Assembly (NCBI GenBank): GCA_016196755.1
Contig: JACPXC010000023.1
Coordinates: forward strand, 33,363 to 97,362
Reading direction: 5' to 3'
Length of the DNA stretch: 64,000 bases
From: Elusimicrobiota bacterium
GTDB taxonomy: Bacteria > Elusimicrobiota > Elusimicrobia > UBA1565
Position numbers and translations under genes: made by a program. The notes below the pieces were generated by a model. That model was not told where the DNA came from, made no database searches, and worked only from the letters and a program-made list of their open reading frames with translations. Positions 35,363 to 44,992 of the stretch are shown here, piece after piece; the stretch's first letter is position 1, and each line of letters opens with the position of its first letter.

Positions 35363-37218
35363 TGTGCGGCATCGTCGGCCAGGTGCGCCTCGACGGGCAG
35401 GCGGCCGACGCCGTCGCTGTCGAGCGCGCCCGCGAGCGGCTGGCCCACCGGGGGCCCGACGACGCCGGCGCGTGGGCGGAGGGCCCCGCGGCGTTCGGCT
35501 TCCGCCGTCTGGCCATCCTCGACCTTGAGAACGGGCATCAGCCGATGCACGGCGCCGACGGGCGCTACACCATCGTCTTCAACGGCGAGATCTACAACCA
35601 CCCGGCGCTGAAGGCGGAGTTGGACTCGCGCGGCGACCGCGCGCGGACCCGGGCCGACACCGAGACCATCCTGCGCCTATTCGCCCGGGACGGCTCGGAG
35701 TCGCTGTCTCGCCTGGAGGGGATGTTCGGCCTGGCCGTCTGGGACGCCAAGAAGCATGAGCTGACCCTGGCCCGCGATCCCTTGGGGGTCAAGCCGCTCT
35801 ACTATCACTTCGACGGGACCCGGCTCTCCTTCGCCTCGGAACTGCGCGCTTTGACGGCGCTCCTTCCGCGCGTGGAGCTCGACCCGGCCGGGGTCATGGA
35901 CTACCTGTCCTACGGCTTCGTCCACGCCCCGCGCACCGTCTTGGCCGCCGCCCTCAAGCTCCCGCCCGGCCACCGCCTCGTCCTCAACGCCCACGGCCTG
36001 CGCGTCGAGGCGTTCTGGGAGATCCCGCGCCGCCCGCCGTGGGAAGCTCACCACCACCATGCCGGGACCGACCCCAGCTTGCCCGAGGCCGAGGCTGAGG
36101 TCGAGACCCGCCTCATCGGCGCCGTGCGCGGCCAGCTCTTGAGCGACGTGCCGGTGGGGGCGTTCCTCTCCGGCGGGCTCGACTCCTCCCTCATCACGGC
36201 TTTGATGGCCCGCGCCGCGGGCAAGGTGAAGACCTTCAGCATCGGCTTCTCGGGCGCCCGGGCGGGCCTAGACGAGTCGATGCACGCGCGCACCGCGGCG
36301 CGCTACCTCGGCACCGATCACCACGAGCTCATCCTGCCGGCCGACGTGCTTTCCCGGCTCGAGGACCTCTCCGCCGCGCTCGACGAGCCTATCGCCGACT
36401 CCGCGATCCTGCCCACCCTGCTCCTGGCGCGCTTCGCGCGCAAGGAGGTCAAGGTGGTCCTGACCGGCGAGGGCGCCGACGAGCTCTTCGCCGGCTACGG
36501 CCGCTACAAGGCCGCCTACCTCTCCGAGCAGGTCTCCCGGCTGCCGGGGTGGGGCCGCGGCCTGGCCGCCGCCGTCGCCCGCCGGCTCGGGAAAGGCCCG
36601 CTCTTCCACGCCCTGCCCCACGAGGACCTGGCCGCCTGGGCGCGGGCCAACGCACACACCACGCCCGAGCAGGCCGACCCGCTGTTGACCGCCGAATTCA
36701 AGCGCCGCGCCGGGCGCGGCGACGCTTTCGAGTGGCTCAAGGATTGGGAGGGACCTCACTCGCTGAGCGCCGCGCAGTCCTTCGACCTGCGCACCGTCCT
36801 CGGCGACTGTCTTCTGATGAAGGCCGACAAGGCCACGATGTGCGCGGGTCTGGAGGCGCGGGTCCCCTTCCTCGACCGGCGCCTGGTCGAGTACGCCCTG
36901 CACCTGCCCGCCTCGGCCAAGATCCGCCGCCTCAAGGGCAAGTTCATCCTGCGCCGCATCGCCGCCAAGTACCTGCCCAAGCCTCTGGTCTGGCGCCGCA
37001 AGCACGGGTTCATCGTGCCGTGGGAAGAATGGGTGCGCGCGCCCAAGAACCCCGCCTTGGACGCCCTGCTGACCGACGAGGCCCTAAAGCCCTGGGGCGT
37101 CTTCGACCCGGTCCACCTGCGGGCTTTGAGGGCGAACCTCCAGGCCGGCACGCCCGGCGCCGACCCCGGCATCATGTTCCGGGCGGCCGTCCTCAGCCTC
37201 TGGTGTCAGTCCGTCTGA
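35362..37218 (+). CDS. asnB: Asparagine synthase (glutamine-hydrolysing) family amidotransferase
   Basis: MCGIVG, HRGPD, FNGEIYN, LSGGLDSS, TGEGADELF, EARVPFLD. Confidence 0.93.
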   Translation: MCGIVGQVRLDGQAADAVAVERARERLAHRGPDDAGAWAEGPAAFGFRRLAILDLENGHQPMHGADGRYTIVFNGEIYNHPALKAELDSRGDRARTRADTETILRLFARDGSESLSRLEGMFGLAVWDAKKHELTLARDPLGVKPLYYHFDGTRLSFASELRALTALLPRVELDPAGVMDYLSYGFVHAPRTVLAAALKLPPGHRLVLNAHGLRVEAFWEIPRRPPWEAHHHHAGTDPSLPEAEAEVETRLIGAVRGQLLSDVPVGAFLSGGLDSSLITALMARAAGKVKTFSIGFSGARAGLDESMHARTAARYLGTDHHELILPADVLSRLEDLSAALDEPIADSAILPTLLLARFARKEVKVVLTGEGADELFAGYGRYKAAYLSEQVSRLPGWGRGLAAAVARRLGKGPLFHALPHEDLAAWARANAHTTPEQADPLLTAEFKRRAGRGDAFEWLKDWEGPHSLSAAQSFDLRTVLGDCLLMKADKATMCAGLEARVPFLDRRLVEYALHLPASAKIRRLKGKFILRRIAAKYLPKPLVWRRKHGFIVPWEEWVRAPKNPALDALLTDEALKPWGVFDPVHLRALRANLQAGTPGADPGIMFRAAVLSLWCQSV

Positions 37219-37264
37219 CCTGAAAAGTTCTTCCCGCCCGTAGACGTATATAATTGGATGGACC

Positions 37265-38476
37265 ATGAGCGAGCCGATGTCGACCGATAGGCTGCTGCGG
37301 CACTACGAGCAGGGGGAGCGCGCGGCGCTCGAGACCCTGGCGCGGCGGCTAGACGACACCGAGGCGCGCCTGCTCGAGCAGGCCGCGTCGGCTCCCGAGC
37401 GCCTGCGCGGCCGGCTCGAGGAGCTGGCCGCGCGGCTCCACGCCGCCAAGGCGGAGACCGACAAGCGCGCCGACTCCTTCCGCGAGGAGCTGCTCTCGGT
37501 GGAGCCCTCCCCCGACGCCTTCCGGGCGCGTCTGGTCATGCTCGAGATGGAGCATGCCAGCCGCCTGCGCCTGGCCGAAGAGGGCCTGCGCCTCCTGGGC
37601 GGTGAGCTCGAGGAGGCCCTGCTCTCCGCGCGCGCGCGCGTGAAGGGGTTCTGCGACGAGGCCCGGGCCGGCCTCCAGTCCCAAGTCGCCCCGGAGCGCC
37701 TGCGCCTCGTCGAGGCCCTGGCCGAGACCTCCCGGCGCCTGGCGGCCGATGAGGAGGAGCTCCGGCGCCTGCGCGAGGAGGCGCCCCGGGCCGCCGCGGC
37801 GGCGGCCGAGCGCGTCCAACACCTTGAGCGTGAGCTCGGCGCTCTCAAAGCCCACGGGGCCGAGGAAGCCCATGCCCGGCGCGCCTTGGAAGCGGCCCTG
37901 TCGGCCGCGAAGCTCCAAGGCGAGAAGACCCTCCGCGACGCCCAGGAGCGCGACGATCACGCCGCGGCGGAGTGGGCCGCGGAGCGCGACGACCTGCGCC
38001 GCCGGCTCTTCGCGGCCGAGCGCGCGGCCGACATGTCCAATCAGGAGCAGGCCCAGGCGCTCCGACGCGAGCTGGAGAAGCGCGGCGGCGCTGCCGAAGA
38101 CCTCAAGCGCCGCCTTTCCGACGCCGAGGCCCAGACCCAGGACGCCAAGGCCGCGCTCGACGCCGCGCGCTCCGACCTCAAGTCGATGGCCGAGACCGCT
38201 CGCTCCCTGGCGGCCCGTGTTAAAGGCCTCGAGGATGAGCGGCGTCACGCGAAGCCCTCGGAGGGCCCCGAGGGCCTGGCCGCCAAGACCCGCGAGAACG
38301 TCCTTCTGCGCTCCCAGCTCGAGGCCGCCGAGCGCGAGTGGCAGGAGACCTTGGCTCGTCAGGACGCGGCGCGGATGCAGGAGATCTTCAAGCTGCGGGC
38401 CGAGGTGCAGAAGCTGCGCTGGCAGCTCGTCGATTTGACGGGGAAGAAGGGACCGGGGACGGCGGGCCCGTCTTGA
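37265..38476 (+). CDS. Coiled-coil protein
   Basis: Long Glu/Arg/Ala/Leu heptad pattern. Confidence 0.7.
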   Translation: MSEPMSTDRLLRHYEQGERAALETLARRLDDTEARLLEQAASAPERLRGRLEELAARLHAAKAETDKRADSFREELLSVEPSPDAFRARLVMLEMEHASRLRLAEEGLRLLGGELEEALLSARARVKGFCDEARAGLQSQVAPERLRLVEALAETSRRLAADEEELRRLREEAPRAAAAAAERVQHLERELGALKAHGAEEAHARRALEAALSAAKLQGEKTLRDAQERDDHAAAEWAAERDDLRRRLFAAERAADMSNQEQAQALRRELEKRGGAAEDLKRRLSDAEAQTQDAKAALDAARSDLKSMAETARSLAARVKGLEDERRHAKPSEGPEGLAAKTRENVLLRSQLEAAEREWQETLARQDAARMQEIFKLRAEVQKLRWQLVDLTGKKGPGTAGPS

Positions 38477-39459
38477 TCGCGCTGGCCGTCGCGGCCGCGC
38501 TGACATTCGCTTTCCTCAACGGCGTCATAGACGCCGGGCCGCTGGCCGGCTCGGTCATAAGCTCTCGTGCCCTGTCGCCGCGCAAGGCCCTCCTCATCGC
38601 GGCCCTCGGCTCTTTTCTGGGTTCGCTCCTGCTCGGCTCGGCCGTCGTGCGCACGATGGGGCAGGGCCTGCTCGTGTTCTCGGCCCTGCCGCCCGGCACC
38701 GAGCCCGTCACGGCTTCCGCGGCCGCGGCGTTGGCGGCGCTGGCCTGGGTGACGCTCGGCGCCGTGGCGGGGCTTCCCAGCTCGTTTACCCATGCCTTGC
38801 TCGGCGGCTGGTTCGGCGCCTTCGTGGCGCTGGGCGGCTTCGCGGCGGTGCGCTGGGGCCAGGCGGCCTTGGTCCTGTTCGGAGTACTGGCCGTGCCGCT
38901 GTTGGGTCTGGCGGCGGCCTGGGCCGCGCTGCGCGCGTTCTACAGTCTCGGGGCACGCCTGTCCTCGCGCTCCCAGGCCTTTATCGTCGACCTCGAGACG
39001 CTGATCTTCTCCGCCCTGACGGTGACCCACGGCGCCAACGCGGCCCAGAAGAGCATGGCGCTGCTCGCGGTCGGGGCGTTGGACCTCTCAGCCGGGGTGC
39101 CCAAGGGCCTGGAAGTGGCGGGCTGGATGCGCGTCATCTGCGCGGCGGCTTTCTCCATCGGGACGCTCCTGGGCGCCACGCGGACGCTCAAGACCGTGGG
39201 CTTCAGGATCTGCCGGGTCGGCACGGTCCAGAGCTTCCTGGCCCTGTCGGTCTCGGCGGCCCTGGTGTCGGCCTCGACTTTGGTCGGCCTGCCGCTCTCG
39301 CCGGGCCAGCTCAACTCGGCCTGCCTGCTGGGCGTGGGGGCCGGGCACAACCCCAAGACGGTGCGCTGGGGCGTGGCCGTCGACCTGCTGACCAACTGGG
39401 TCTTGACCTTCCCGGCGGCGGCCGTCCTGGGCTTCGGGCTGGCGAAAGTCCTGGCCTAG
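38473..39459 (+). CDS. Inorganic phosphate transporter (PiT family)
   Basis: FAFLNG..D, GLPSSFTHALLGG, HGANAAQK, GLPLS, VRWG..WVLTFP; followed by DUF47. Confidence 0.85.
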   Translation: MIALAVAAALTFAFLNGVIDAGPLAGSVISSRALSPRKALLIAALGSFLGSLLLGSAVVRTMGQGLLVFSALPPGTEPVTASAAAALAALAWVTLGAVAGLPSSFTHALLGGWFGAFVALGGFAAVRWGQAALVLFGVLAVPLLGLAAAWAALRAFYSLGARLSSRSQAFIVDLETLIFSALTVTHGANAAQKSMALLAVGALDLSAGVPKGLEVAGWMRVICAAAFSIGTLLGATRTLKTVGFRICRVGTVQSFLALSVSAALVSASTLVGLPLSPGQLNSACLLGVGAGHNPKTVRWGVAVDLLTNWVLTFPAAAVLGFGLAKVLA

Positions 39460-39563
39460 TCGATCATTACCTGGGCCGAAGGGTCAGGCTTTAGACGACA
39501 GAGGTCCTAGCGTTTCGGGGACAAAGGTCTAGCGATGTCAAATTTATATAGAATCGTCCGAGA

Positions 39564-40169
39564 ATGCTGTTCTTCAACCGGCAGAAGCACGATTTCTACA
39601 AGCTCCTGCGCGACCAGGCCGACCTGACCCTCGAGGGCCTCGCGGCGCTCAAGCACTTCATGGAGGCTCCCGACCCCGCGCGAGGGATGCGCGTCCAGGA
39701 GCTCGAGAAGCAGGCCGACGAGCAGCGCCGCATCCTCATCGACGCCCTCAACCATTCCTTGGTCACCCCCTTCGATCGCGAGGACATCTTCGGTCTCTCG
39801 CGCGCCATCGACGACATGATCGACTACGCGCGCTCCACCGTCGAGGAGATGATGCTCTTCGAAGTGAAGACCGACGAGCACCTCAAGCAGATGGCGCGCG
39901 CCATCCACGAGGGCGGCGAGGAGATCGTCGCCGCCGTGCGCCTGCTCCACGAGCACCCGAGCGTGGTCCAGGAGCACATCATCCGCGCCAAGAAGCACGA
40001 GAACGAGGTCGAGCACCTCTACCGCGAGGCCTTAGTCGAGCTCTTCAAGAACCCCGACGTGGTCACCATCCTCAAGACCCGCGAGCTCTACCGCCACCTC
40101 TCCAACTCCGCCGACCGCGGCGACGAGGCCGCCGACATCATCGGCGACATCCTCGTGAAATCGGCATGA
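39564..40169 (+). CDS. DUF47/PhoU-like phosphate transport regulator
   Basis: LEKQAD..R, TPFDREDI..LSRAIDD, ENEVE..YR. Confidence 0.9.
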   Translation: MLFFNRQKHDFYKLLRDQADLTLEGLAALKHFMEAPDPARGMRVQELEKQADEQRRILIDALNHSLVTPFDREDIFGLSRAIDDMIDYARSTVEEMMLFEVKTDEHLKQMARAIHEGGEEIVAAVRLLHEHPSVVQEHIIRAKKHENEVEHLYREALVELFKNPDVVTILKTRELYRHLSNSADRGDEAADIIGDILVKSA

Positions 40170-41659
40170 GGGCGGCGTTCCTCGCCCTCTTCCTGGCCGT
40201 CCCCGTCGGCGCCAAGACCGTGCGGATCACGGTCGTCCACACCAACGACATGCATGGCTGGCTTTTGCCCCGGCCCGACAAGAAGACCGGCCGCCCGGTC
40301 GGCGGCGCCGCGGCCTTGGCCGCCTTCATCAACAAGGAGCGCGCCAACGGCGGCCCGGTGCTGGTCCTCGACGGCGGCGACTGGTGGCAAGGCACGCCCG
40401 AGGGCAGCCTTTCGAAGGGCCTGGCCATGGCCGAGGTCTTCGACGCCGTCGGCTACGACGCCACCGTGCCCGGCAACCACGAGTACGACGGCGGCGAGGC
40501 GCAGCTAAAGGCCATCATCGCCGCGATGAGGACGCCGGTCGTGGCCGCCAACATCGCCGTTACCGCCACCGGCGAGCCGGTCGCCTACGTGAAGCATACC
40601 CTGGTCAAGGAAGTTGCCGGGATCAAGATCGGCTTCTTCGGCCTCATCACCTCGCAGATGCGCCGGCTCTCCTTCCCGCAGAACGTGGCCGGCATCACCT
40701 TCCAGTCCGAGGTCGACGCCGCGCGCAAGGCCGTGGCGTCCCTCAAGGCTCAAGGCGCCGAGCTCGTCATCATGCTCTCCCACGTCGGCCAGGAGGACGC
40801 CAAGTACCCCGGCTCCAGCGACCAGGCCGTGGTGCGCGCCGTCCCGGGCATCGACCTGGTGGTCGGCGGCCACAACCATTTCAGCCTCTCCCCGGCCCTC
40901 AGAGTGGGGGGGACCTTGGTCGTCAACACCGGCTGCTATCTCGACAAGGCCGGCAAGGCCGTCCTCGAGTTCGACGACCAGACCCGCCGCGTCTTTGCGT
41001 CCACTTCGAGCCTGCACCCGCTTTGGCTCGACGAGGTCGGCGAGGACCCGAAGGTCAAGGCCGTCGTCGAGAGGTGGCGCGTGGAAGTGGGCGCGGCGCT
41101 CGACGTCGTCGTCGCCACCGCTGCAGTGGCCCTGACCAAGGTCCGCGACAGCGACTCGCCGATGGGCAACTGGATGACCGACTGCACGCGCAAGTGGACC
41201 AAGACCGACCTGGCCTTCCAGAACGCCGGCGGCATCCGTACCGAGTTCGCCGTCGGTCCGGTGCGCCTGCGCTCTATCTTCGAGCTCATGCCCTTCGATA
41301 ACCGCCTCACCACCCTCTACATGAAGGGCGCGGACCTCAAGGACCTCTTCGAGCACTCGGTGGGCCGCGCGCCGGGCATGCTTCAGCTCTCCGGCGGCAG
41401 CGTCGCCTACGATCCGGCCGCGCCCGAGGGCTCCCGGGTCAAGGGTGTCGAGGTCCGCGGGCGGGCGCTCGAGCCCGACTTCGTCTATTCGATAGCCGCC
41501 CCCGACTTCGTCGTCCAGGGCGGCGACGGCTTCAACGCCTTCGCGGCGGGTACCGACCGCGCCGACCACGACACCATGATCCGCGACGTGCTGGGCTGGT
41601 GCGCGCGGACCGAGGGGACTTTGCGCCTCCCGGTCGCCGGCCGAATCAAGCGCCTGTGA
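40166..41659 (+). CDS. Secreted 5'-nucleotidase / metallophosphoesterase
   Basis: Signal peptide; HTNDMHG, DGGD, GNHEYD, LSHVG, GGHNH, NAGGIR, MPFDN, GGDGF. Confidence 0.93.
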   Translation: MRAAFLALFLAVPVGAKTVRITVVHTNDMHGWLLPRPDKKTGRPVGGAAALAAFINKERANGGPVLVLDGGDWWQGTPEGSLSKGLAMAEVFDAVGYDATVPGNHEYDGGEAQLKAIIAAMRTPVVAANIAVTATGEPVAYVKHTLVKEVAGIKIGFFGLITSQMRRLSFPQNVAGITFQSEVDAARKAVASLKAQGAELVIMLSHVGQEDAKYPGSSDQAVVRAVPGIDLVVGGHNHFSLSPALRVGGTLVVNTGCYLDKAGKAVLEFDDQTRRVFASTSSLHPLWLDEVGEDPKVKAVVERWRVEVGAALDVVVATAAVALTKVRDSDSPMGNWMTDCTRKWTKTDLAFQNAGGIRTEFAVGPVRLRSIFELMPFDNRLTTLYMKGADLKDLFEHSVGRAPGMLQLSGGSVAYDPAAPEGSRVKGVEVRGRALEPDFVYSIAAPDFVVQGGDGFNAFAAGTDRADHDTMIRDVLGWCARTEGTLRLPVAGRIKRL

Positions 41660-42261
41660 GCCTGGTCAAGACCGTCGTCAACGACGTTAAGAACAAGGCC
41701 GACAAGGCTTGGTCGTTCACCAAGAAGCTGGTCGTGGCCGGCGGGGTCTGGGGCCTCGTCTTCAGCCTGGTGACCATCGGCCGCCTCGGCGTGGCGTTCG
41801 ACTACGACGACACGTTGGTCTTCTCGACCCCGGCCTTCCAGAAGGCCTTCTCCTCGGGCATCCAGCCCTACTCCCCGGCCTTTTGGGAGGTCGTCAACAA
41901 CGCCTACGAGCTCGAGGAGCGCAAGCCCCTGGTCTGGGGCCTGGCTTGGATCTTCCGGGTGTTCGGCTTCAAGGTGGCGATCCTCTCGACGCGTCCGCCC
42001 CACGGCGGCGCGGCCCTCAAGAAAGAGTGGCGCTACCTCGCCACCCAGTTCGAGTTCGCCGGGGCCTCCCTCAACAAGCACAAGCTGCTCAAGAAGGGGC
42101 GCTTCGTGCTGTTCTTCGGGGATTCGGACTCGGACGTCTCCGAGGGGCGCCGGGCCAAGGTCCTGACCTTCCGTATCCGCCGCAACCCCAAGTCGACCTA
42201 CAAGGAGGACTACAACCCGGGCTCGCTCGGCGAGGTCGTCCTCCCCTTTACCGAACTCTGA
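41656..42261 (+). CDS. HAD-superfamily class B acid phosphatase-like (AphA-like)
   Basis: FDYDDTLVFSTPAF, FFGDSDSD, RNPKSTY. Confidence 0.75.
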   Translation: MSLVKTVVNDVKNKADKAWSFTKKLVVAGGVWGLVFSLVTIGRLGVAFDYDDTLVFSTPAFQKAFSSGIQPYSPAFWEVVNNAYELEERKPLVWGLAWIFRVFGFKVAILSTRPPHGGAALKKEWRYLATQFEFAGASLNKHKLLKKGRFVLFFGDSDSDVSEGRRAKVLTFRIRRNPKSTYKEDYNPGSLGEVVLPFTEL

Positions 42262-42285
42262 CGGGACTGCCGGCCGGACGCCCGG

Positions 42286-42546
42286 TCAGTAGTGGTAGCG
42301 GGCCTGAAGGAAGTCCACCGCTTGCGCCCCGACGACATAGACGATCCGGTGCTCCTGAGTGAGGCGTCGGGACCATGCGCCCGAGGCGAGGTAGCGGAGG
42401 GGTTCGGGCTTGCCGATGCCCGCGAAGGGGTCTCGCATGACGGCCTCGACGATGTCGAGCGCTTTCAGCGCTACCTTCCGGTTCGTCTCCACCCAGAAGC
42501 GCAGGTCCTCCCTGAACTCCGGATGGAATACCGCCTGGCGCGCCAT
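42286..42546 (-). CDS. yoeB: Txe/YoeB family toxin
   Basis: DPFAGIGKPEPL, WSRRLTQEHRIVY, QARYHY. Confidence 0.95.
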   Translation of the reverse strand: MARQAVFHPEFREDLRFWVETNRKVALKALDIVEAVMRDPFAGIGKPEPLRYLASGAWSRRLTQEHRIVYVVGAQAVDFLQARYHY

Positions 42547-42555
42547 CGGAGGGGG

Positions 42556-42834
42556 TTAACGGTCTAGACGAAGGGAGCGCCGCAGGTCATCGACGCTTTG
42601 GGCGGCGGGGCGTCCCTTGCGAATCCGGGCCAGGGCGCGGGAGAGGCGCTCGGCGTTCTTCGGCGAGCGCAGCAGATGGGCGGTTTCCATGAGCCCGCGA
42701 AGCTCCGCGGCGGAGATCAGCGCCACGTCGGCGGCCTTGCGCCTGTGGATGATGATCGGTTCACCGGTCGCCTCGGCCTCCTTGCACAACGAGGCAAGGT
42801 TGGCGCGGGCGCTGGTGTAGGTCGTCTCGCTCAT
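42556..42834 (-). CDS. yefM: Phd/YefM family antitoxin
   Basis: TYTSARANLA..C, PIIIHR, ETAHLLRSPKNAERL. Confidence 0.93.
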   Translation of the reverse strand: MSETTYTSARANLASLCKEAEATGEPIIIHRRKAADVALISAAELRGLMETAHLLRSPKNAERLSRALARIRKGRPAAQSVDDLRRSLRLDR

Positions 42835-42876
42835 ACTGTACAGCAATACTGTACATGTGGAGTCCTGGCCCGTCAA
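42835..42876 (-). promoter_or_regulatory. yefM-yoeB promoter with two TGTACA operator palindromes
   Basis: TTGACG-17-TACAGT on minus strand; TGTACA at 42837-42842 and 42850-42855. Confidence 0.75.
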
Positions 42877-42920
42877 GGGTACAGGGCGATGAATTCTTTG
42901 CGCAGTCCGAGGCCGGGTTT

Positions 42921-42929
42921 TGGTATAAT
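42921..42929 (+). promoter_or_regulatory. Extended -10 promoter of the tpiA/BMC operon
   Basis: TGGTATAAT 29 nt upstream of tpiA ATG; GAGG SD. Confidence 0.6.
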
Positions 42930-42958
42930 TGTGGCCAAGTTGGCCACACCGAGGCGCC

Positions 42959-43735
42959 ATGACTAACTCCCTCCGCCGTCCCCTCATCGCCGGAAACTGG
43001 AAGATGTTCCTCGACTTGGCGGGCTCCGTGGCCTTAGCGCGCGGCGTAGCCGCCGGCGCGCCCCCCGACGGCCCCGAAGTCGTCGTGGCCGTCCCGTTCA
43101 CGGCCCTGACCGTGGTCGGCGAGGTCCTCAAGGGCAGCAAGGTCAAGCTGGCCGCCCAGAACCTGCACTGGGAGAAGGAAGGCGCTTTCACCGGCGAGGT
43201 GTCGGCCGCCCAGCTCAAGGACGCCGGCTGCGCCGCCGTGGTCATCGGGCACTCCGAGCGCCGTCAGTTCTTCGGCGAGACCGACGAGACCGTCAAGAAG
43301 AGGCTGACCGCCGCCCTGGCCGCCGGCCTGCTCCCCATCGTCTGCGTGGGCGAGACCCTGGCCGAGCGCGAGGACGGGCGCACCTTCAAGGTTTTGGAGA
43401 CGCAGTTGACCGGCGCGTTGACCGGCTTCGGGCCGTCCCAGCTGGCGACTTTGGTCGTCGCCTACGAGCCGGTCTGGGCCATCGGCACCGGCAAGACCGC
43501 CACGCCGGCCCAGGCCCAGGAAGCCCACCTCTTCATCCGCAAGACCTGTGAGCGCCTGCACGGCGCGGCGCTGGCCGCCGGCCTGCGCATCCTCTACGGC
43601 GGCTCGGTCAAGCCCGACAACGCCGACGCCCTGATGTCCGAGCCCGACCTGGACGGGGCGCTCGTGGGCGGGGCCAGCCTCAAGGCCGACTCCTTCCTGC
43701 GCATCGTGAAGTTCTCGGCTCCCGCCCGGGCTTAA
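42959..43735 (+). CDS. tpiA: Triosephosphate isomerase
   Basis: IAGNWKM, GHSERR, AYEPVWAIGTG, LYGGSV, LVGGASL. Confidence 0.97.
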   Translation: MTNSLRRPLIAGNWKMFLDLAGSVALARGVAAGAPPDGPEVVVAVPFTALTVVGEVLKGSKVKLAAQNLHWEKEGAFTGEVSAAQLKDAGCAAVVIGHSERRQFFGETDETVKKRLTAALAAGLLPIVCVGETLAEREDGRTFKVLETQLTGALTGFGPSQLATLVVAYEPVWAIGTGKTATPAQAQEAHLFIRKTCERLHGAALAAGLRILYGGSVKPDNADALMSEPDLDGALVGGASLKADSFLRIVKFSAPARA

Positions 43736-43736
43736 A

Positions 43737-44363
43737 ATGTCGGAGCTGGCCGCCCAAGTAGCCGCGGACCTGTCCTTGGCGCTGCACCGCGCCAAGTTCC
43801 CGGTCCCCGTCGGCGTCTCGGTCCGCCACTTCCACGTCACCGAGGCCGACTGGCGCGTGCTCTTCGGCGCGGCGGCGCCGGTCAAGAAGCGCGGTTTGCT
43901 CCAGCCCGGCTTTTGGGCCGCCGAGGAGACGGTCACCGTCGAAGGCCCCAAGGGGAAGATCTCGAGAGTCCGTCTCGTCGCGCCCTACCGCACGAGGACC
44001 CAGGTCGAGGTGTCGCGCTCCGACGCGCAGACCCTCGGCATCGACGCCCCGGTGCGCGGCTCGGGCAAGCTCTCCGGCGCGGCCCCGGTCAAGATCACCG
44101 GCCCGGCCGGTTCGGTGGCCGTGCCCGACGCCCTCATCGTGGCCCAGCGCCACGTCCATTTCCACCCCGACGACGCCGCGCGCATGAAGGTCAAGGAAGG
44201 CGAGATGCTGCGCGTGCGCTGCGGGATGGGCGGGCCCCGCGAGACGGTCTTCGAGGGCTGCCTGGCCCGCGTGTCGGACAAATTCGCTTTGGAGTTTCAC
44301 GTCGATACGGATGAGGCGAACGCCGCTTGGCTCAAGAACGGCGATCTTTCGTACCTGGTATAA
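43737..44363 (+). CDS. pduL: Phosphate acyltransferase PduL
   Basis: [38 protein letters not shown]. Confidence 0.92.
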   Translation: MSELAAQVAADLSLALHRAKFPVPVGVSVRHFHVTEADWRVLFGAAAPVKKRGLLQPGFWAAEETVTVEGPKGKISRVRLVAPYRTRTQVEVSRSDAQTLGIDAPVRGSGKLSGAAPVKITGPAGSVAVPDALIVAQRHVHFHPDDAARMKVKEGEMLRVRCGMGGPRETVFEGCLARVSDKFALEFHVDTDEANAAWLKNGDLSYLV

Positions 44364-44374
44364 AGGAGGCGTAC

Positions 44375-44674
44375 ATGGACGCGCTTGGAATGATCGAGAC
44401 TCGCGGGCTCGTGGCCTGCATCGAGGCGGCGGACGCGGCGGTGAAGGCGGCGAACGTGCGGATCGTCGGCTACGAGAAGGTCGGCACGGGCCTCGTGACG
44501 GTGCTCTTCCGCGGCGAAGTGGCGGCCTGCCGGGCCTCCTGCGACTCGGGGGGTGCTGCGGCCCAGAAGGTCGGCGAGCTGGTCGCCGTCCATGTGATCC
44601 CCCAGCCGCACCCGGACCTCGAGGGCAAGATGCCGATCTCGCTGCCCGAGACCCTCAACCGCGGCCGCAAGTAA
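44375..44674 (+). CDS. BMC shell hexamer (BMC-H, EutM/PduA-like)
   Basis: AGGAGG SD; [29 protein letters not shown]. Confidence 0.93.
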   Translation: MDALGMIETRGLVACIEAADAAVKAANVRIVGYEKVGTGLVTVLFRGEVAACRASCDSGGAAAQKVGELVAVHVIPQPHPDLEGKMPISLPETLNRGRK

Positions 44675-44983
44675 GTGATCTTCGCCCGCGTGGTCGGGAC
44701 CGTGGTCTCGACCAATAAAGAGCCGAAGCTCGTCGGCAAGAAGCTGCTCTTGGTCCAGCCGGTGGAACCCGCCGGTACTGCCAAGGGCGCTCCCTTGGTG
44801 GCCGTCGACGCCGTGGGCTCGGGCGAGGGGGAGTTCGTCCTCCTCGTCCAGGGCTCCTCGGCGCGCCAGACCACGGCCACCGAGGGCAATCCGGTCGACT
44901 GCACGATCGTGGCCATCGTCGACACCGTCGAGCAGGGCGGCAAGACGGTGTTCGAGAAGTCCAAGGACCCGGCGCAGCGCTAG
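44675..44983 (+). CDS. eutN: BMC vertex pentamer (EutN/CcmL)
   Basis: ARVVGTVVSTNK, KLLLVQP, VAVDAVGSG.GE, GSSAR, DCTIVAIVD. Confidence 0.92.
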   Translation: MIFARVVGTVVSTNKEPKLVGKKLLLVQPVEPAGTAKGAPLVAVDAVGSGEGEFVLLVQGSSARQTTATEGNPVDCTIVAIVDTVEQGGKTVFEKSKDPAQR

Positions 44984-44992
44984 AGGGAAGTC

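Noticed and set aside
35362-37218. asnB as the lasso cyclase for the small peptide
   Set aside because: It is about 25 kb from the cluster, in a housekeeping operon, with an intact N-terminal Cys glutaminase domain; the peptide has no core to cyclise.
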